Below, piece by piece: positions 24,048 to 26,166 of a stretch of DNA of 26,166 nt. The position numbers and the translations under genes are program-made. The DNA is taken from positions 1-26,166 of the forward strand of contig CALKOM010000092.1 of NCBI GenBank assembly GCA_938091905.1, read 5' to 3'. A model generated the notes under the pieces. It had not been told where the DNA came from and made no database searches. It worked only from the letters and a program-made list of their open reading frames with translations. Each line of letters opens with the position of its first letter. Position 1 is the stretch's first letter. The DNA is from an uncultured Verrucomicrobiales bacterium (GTDB lineage: Bacteria > Verrucomicrobiota > Verrucomicrobiia > Verrucomicrobiales > DEV007).

Positions 24048-25334
24048 CTACTTACTTGGCGCGATCGCGAAGAGATGTTCAGCGCCACGAATGAACAACT
24101 TGCCCTGCAAGGCAATAGGTGAGGCAATGATACGCTCGCCCATGTCATTCTCGCCTAACAAGTCAAAACCATCCGCCTTCAAGCGCAGGGGAAAGACCCA
24201 CCCGTCCTCGCGGATGCAATAAAGGGTTTCTCCCGCCAGCATAGGAGAGGCGTAGTATTTGCTTGAAGATCGAGGCAAGCGCTGCTTCCAGCGTTCGTCA
24301 CCAGACTTCGCATCGAACTTGTAGAGCCACCCATTGTCCGTTAGGAGATAAAAGGCGCCATCTTTGCCAAGAGGCGAAGGGACATCTGCTCCCATCCCCT
24401 CCTTTTCCCAGAGGCGTGCCGTCTTAGTGATATCACCCTCTCCGCCCAGCTTCACCGCCGCGATGTGTTTGGTTCGCCCATACGGTACGAACGCGATGCC
24501 ATCCGTGACCGCCGGAGTTGCAATAACACGCCACATTGGCTTATCATCAGGATTGAATCCGCCACACTGCCAGAGTAACTTCCCATCCGAGGGACGATGA
24601 CTCGTCAGGTGATCGGCACCCCAAGTGAGGATCTCTTCTTTTCCTTTCTCACCAATAATAGTAGGCGTGGCGTAACTTTGATCGGTTTCTTTCTTACACT
24701 CGTACTTTCTAGCAGTCTTCCAAATGACCTTACCTGTCGCTTTCCCTAGGGCAACCAGGTAGGAGTCACCGGCCTGCATGACCGCAATCACCAAGCGGTC
24801 TCCCGCTAGCGTGGGCGAACTTCCCAGGTCCCACCAGAGCGTGTCTTCGCCGTAGAGCTCTTGGAGATTCAGCCGCCAAACCAGTTTCCCCGTATAGTCG
24901 ATAGCAGCCACCGTACCACTCTTAAAGTAAGCAAAGAGATGCGTTCCATCGGTCACAGGCGAGGGATTGCTACCACTGCCATTGCGATGCTTGCCCTTAC
25001 GTTCTGGGCCTAACAAGACTCGCCATTGCTCTTTACCATCCATACCATAAGAAATGACGGCGTCATGGCGTGACGCCTTCTCGTCATTCGCCTTGGCGTC
25101 CTCTGGCACACCAGCGGTCACAAAGATCTGATCGCCCCAGATGGCAGGAGTAGAGCTACCGAGGCCAGGCAAGGGGGCCTTCCAAAGGTAACCCTCATCT
25201 CCAGCGAACTTGACGGGATAGTCACCCGAGTCGGCAATGCCATTGGCATTGGGCCCCCGCCACTGGGGCCAATCTTTCGCCGACACGGCGCTGTGAATCC
25301 CGACAATGAGAAGAATTAGTAGTCCTCGGTGCAT
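24048..25334 (-). CDS. Exported PQQ-like/BamB-like beta-propeller repeat protein
   Basis: Likely start ATG at 25334 (alternative 25361): signal peptide MHRGLLILLIVGIHSAVSA, then KDWPQWRGP. Blades SSTPAIWGD, PSPVTDG, GSSPTLAG, YATPTI, YASPMLAG, IASPIALQG. Confidence 0.88.
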   Translation of the reverse strand: MHRGLLILLIVGIHSAVSAKDWPQWRGPNANGIADSGDYPVKFAGDEGYLWKAPLPGLGSSTPAIWGDQIFVTAGVPEDAKANDEKASRHDAVISYGMDGKEQWRVLLGPERKGKHRNGSGSNPSPVTDGTHLFAYFKSGTVAAIDYTGKLVWRLNLQELYGEDTLWWDLGSSPTLAGDRLVIAVMQAGDSYLVALGKATGKVIWKTARKYECKKETDQSYATPTIIGEKGKEEILTWGADHLTSHRPSDGKLLWQCGGFNPDDKPMWRVIATPAVTDGIAFVPYGRTKHIAAVKLGGEGDITKTARLWEKEGMGADVPSPLGKDGAFYLLTDNGWLYKFDAKSGDERWKQRLPRSSSKYYASPMLAGETLYCIREDGWVFPLRLKADGFDLLGENDMGERIIASPIALQGKLFIRGAEHLFAIAPSK

Positions 25335-25440
25335 GCCAGAGGATGACAGTGCCGTGTTCATCTGGCAACGCCAAGACGGCACAAAGAACGCTTGCTTCAC
25401 CCAGGATCGAGTCCTTAGCGTTGGAAAACAACTAACCTTT

Positions 25441-26046
25441 ATGAAACTGAACTCCTTTGTGTACACGATTGCATTCTTAGCACTATCACTCACATTGAGC
25501 TCAGCTGATCACCATGGCAAAGCCAAAAAAGCCTTTGCCTTTGCGGGAGCCTGGAAATCCAAAGCGGAGTCTGACGCCAACACGAGACACTACACGTTCA
25601 CCTTCGAAGAGAAGGACTCGAAATGGAGTGGCCATTCCGAAGACGAGGATGGCAATGTGCGCAAGATGGCTCGCGTCAAGGTCGAGAGGAATAAGATCAC
25701 TGCGGAAACAGATATTGAACGCGACGGGCAAACGGGCATTATTCGTGTGGTTGCCGAAGGCGATGAAAGCGGGAACGCCTTCGAAGGTAAGTGGTCAGTC
25801 ATCGACAGCACTGATACGGAGCAGATGAGTGGCGAGTTCACTGCCGAGCGGATCTTTGAGCTCAAGCTAGTGGGGGATTGGGTCGCTGTCGCTACGGTCG
25901 GCGAAGAAGAGATAAAGGCTTCAGTTCAATTCAAAGTGGCAGCTACCAACGTCGTCGGTAGCTTCAAAGGCGAAGATGGGAAGGAGGTGAAGTTCACCAA
26001 GATCACCGCAGAAGACAAAGCCGTAACTCTAGGGCTAATCCATTAA
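25441..26046 (+). CDS. Secreted hypothetical protein with tandem beta-rich (GxW-starting, lipocalin-like) repeats; second repeat apparently incomplete
   Basis: ATG at 25441 gives signal peptide MKLNSFVYTIAFLALSLTLSSA followed by DHH. Repeat 1 runs FAGAWKS...EDEDG...FEGKW...GEFTAER. Repeat 2 runs LVGDWVA...KGEDG...VTL and ends early. Confidence 0.75.
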   Translation: MKLNSFVYTIAFLALSLTLSSADHHGKAKKAFAFAGAWKSKAESDANTRHYTFTFEEKDSKWSGHSEDEDGNVRKMARVKVERNKITAETDIERDGQTGIIRVVAEGDESGNAFEGKWSVIDSTDTEQMSGEFTAERIFELKLVGDWVAVATVGEEEIKASVQFKVAATNVVGSFKGEDGKEVKFTKITAEDKAVTLGLIH

Positions 26047-26166
26047 TTCAGATTTTCACCCAAGTGCTTATAGCCCAGAGGTTTAGAAACGATTCGAAGT
26101 GAGAAGCTTTACGCTCGCGGCGGAGTTCCAATCTTGTCCACCGCCCCATTCTAGCAAAGACGTTTT

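Noticed and set aside
1906..25334. The two PQQ-like propeller genes as flanking repeats of an island, or as true BamB or PQQ dehydrogenases.
   Set aside because: They share only family motifs, with no evident nucleotide identity. They have no lipobox and no recognisable quinoprotein catalytic features. Such paralogs are abundant in PVC genomes, and no integrase or att site is visible.
421..25865. Numerous 60-195 aa ORFs antisense or out of frame within the main genes (e.g. 12325..12834, 18243..18785, 19095..19682, 22906..23346).
   Set aside because: They are shadow ORFs fully overlapping well-supported genes, with no recognisable motifs.
1..26166. CRISPR arrays, tRNA (including tRNA-Sec), rRNA, or sel genes.
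   Set aside because: Internal intergenic gaps are all short (about 130 bp or less) and show no repeat-spacer or cloverleaf pattern by eye. No SelA, SelB or SelD motifs appear in any ORF.

Overview
Gene-dense bacterial window, moderately GC-rich. The two DWPQWRG-type PQQ-like beta-propeller genes and the style of the secreted proteins suggest the PVC superphylum, probably Verrucomicrobiota (inference only). The core is a tightly coupled ~18.9 kb minus-strand gene run (22864->4010). In order: a secreted protein; an 822-aa exported protein with degenerate retropepsin-like, TPR and Cys-less thioredoxin/Omp28-like modules; a membrane protein with a long charged disordered tail; MoxR AAA+ ATPase; DUF58; BatA/vWA protein; vWA/GATase1-like membrane protein; and a 2429-aa exported TPR protein with a C-terminal jelly-roll (galactose-binding-like) domain. 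Main observation: the ORF track splits the first gene in two (21842..22864 and 21275..21820), but both parts are in one frame separated by a single TGA in the context FGGC-[TGA]-GGF, followed by a bacterial-SECIS-like hairpin. This suggests a 529-aa exported selenoprotein with an internal Gly-Cys-Sec-Gly motif fused to a TlpA-type WCxxC thioredoxin domain, heading a Bat/MoxR-type envelope system. Flanking genes: CPD photolyase, two PQQ-like propellers, a PrmA-like methyltransferase, NamZ (DUF1343), a secreted repeat protein that looks truncated, and a partial, possibly frameshifted gene at the left edge. No rRNA, tRNA, CRISPR array or recognisable transposase was seen.
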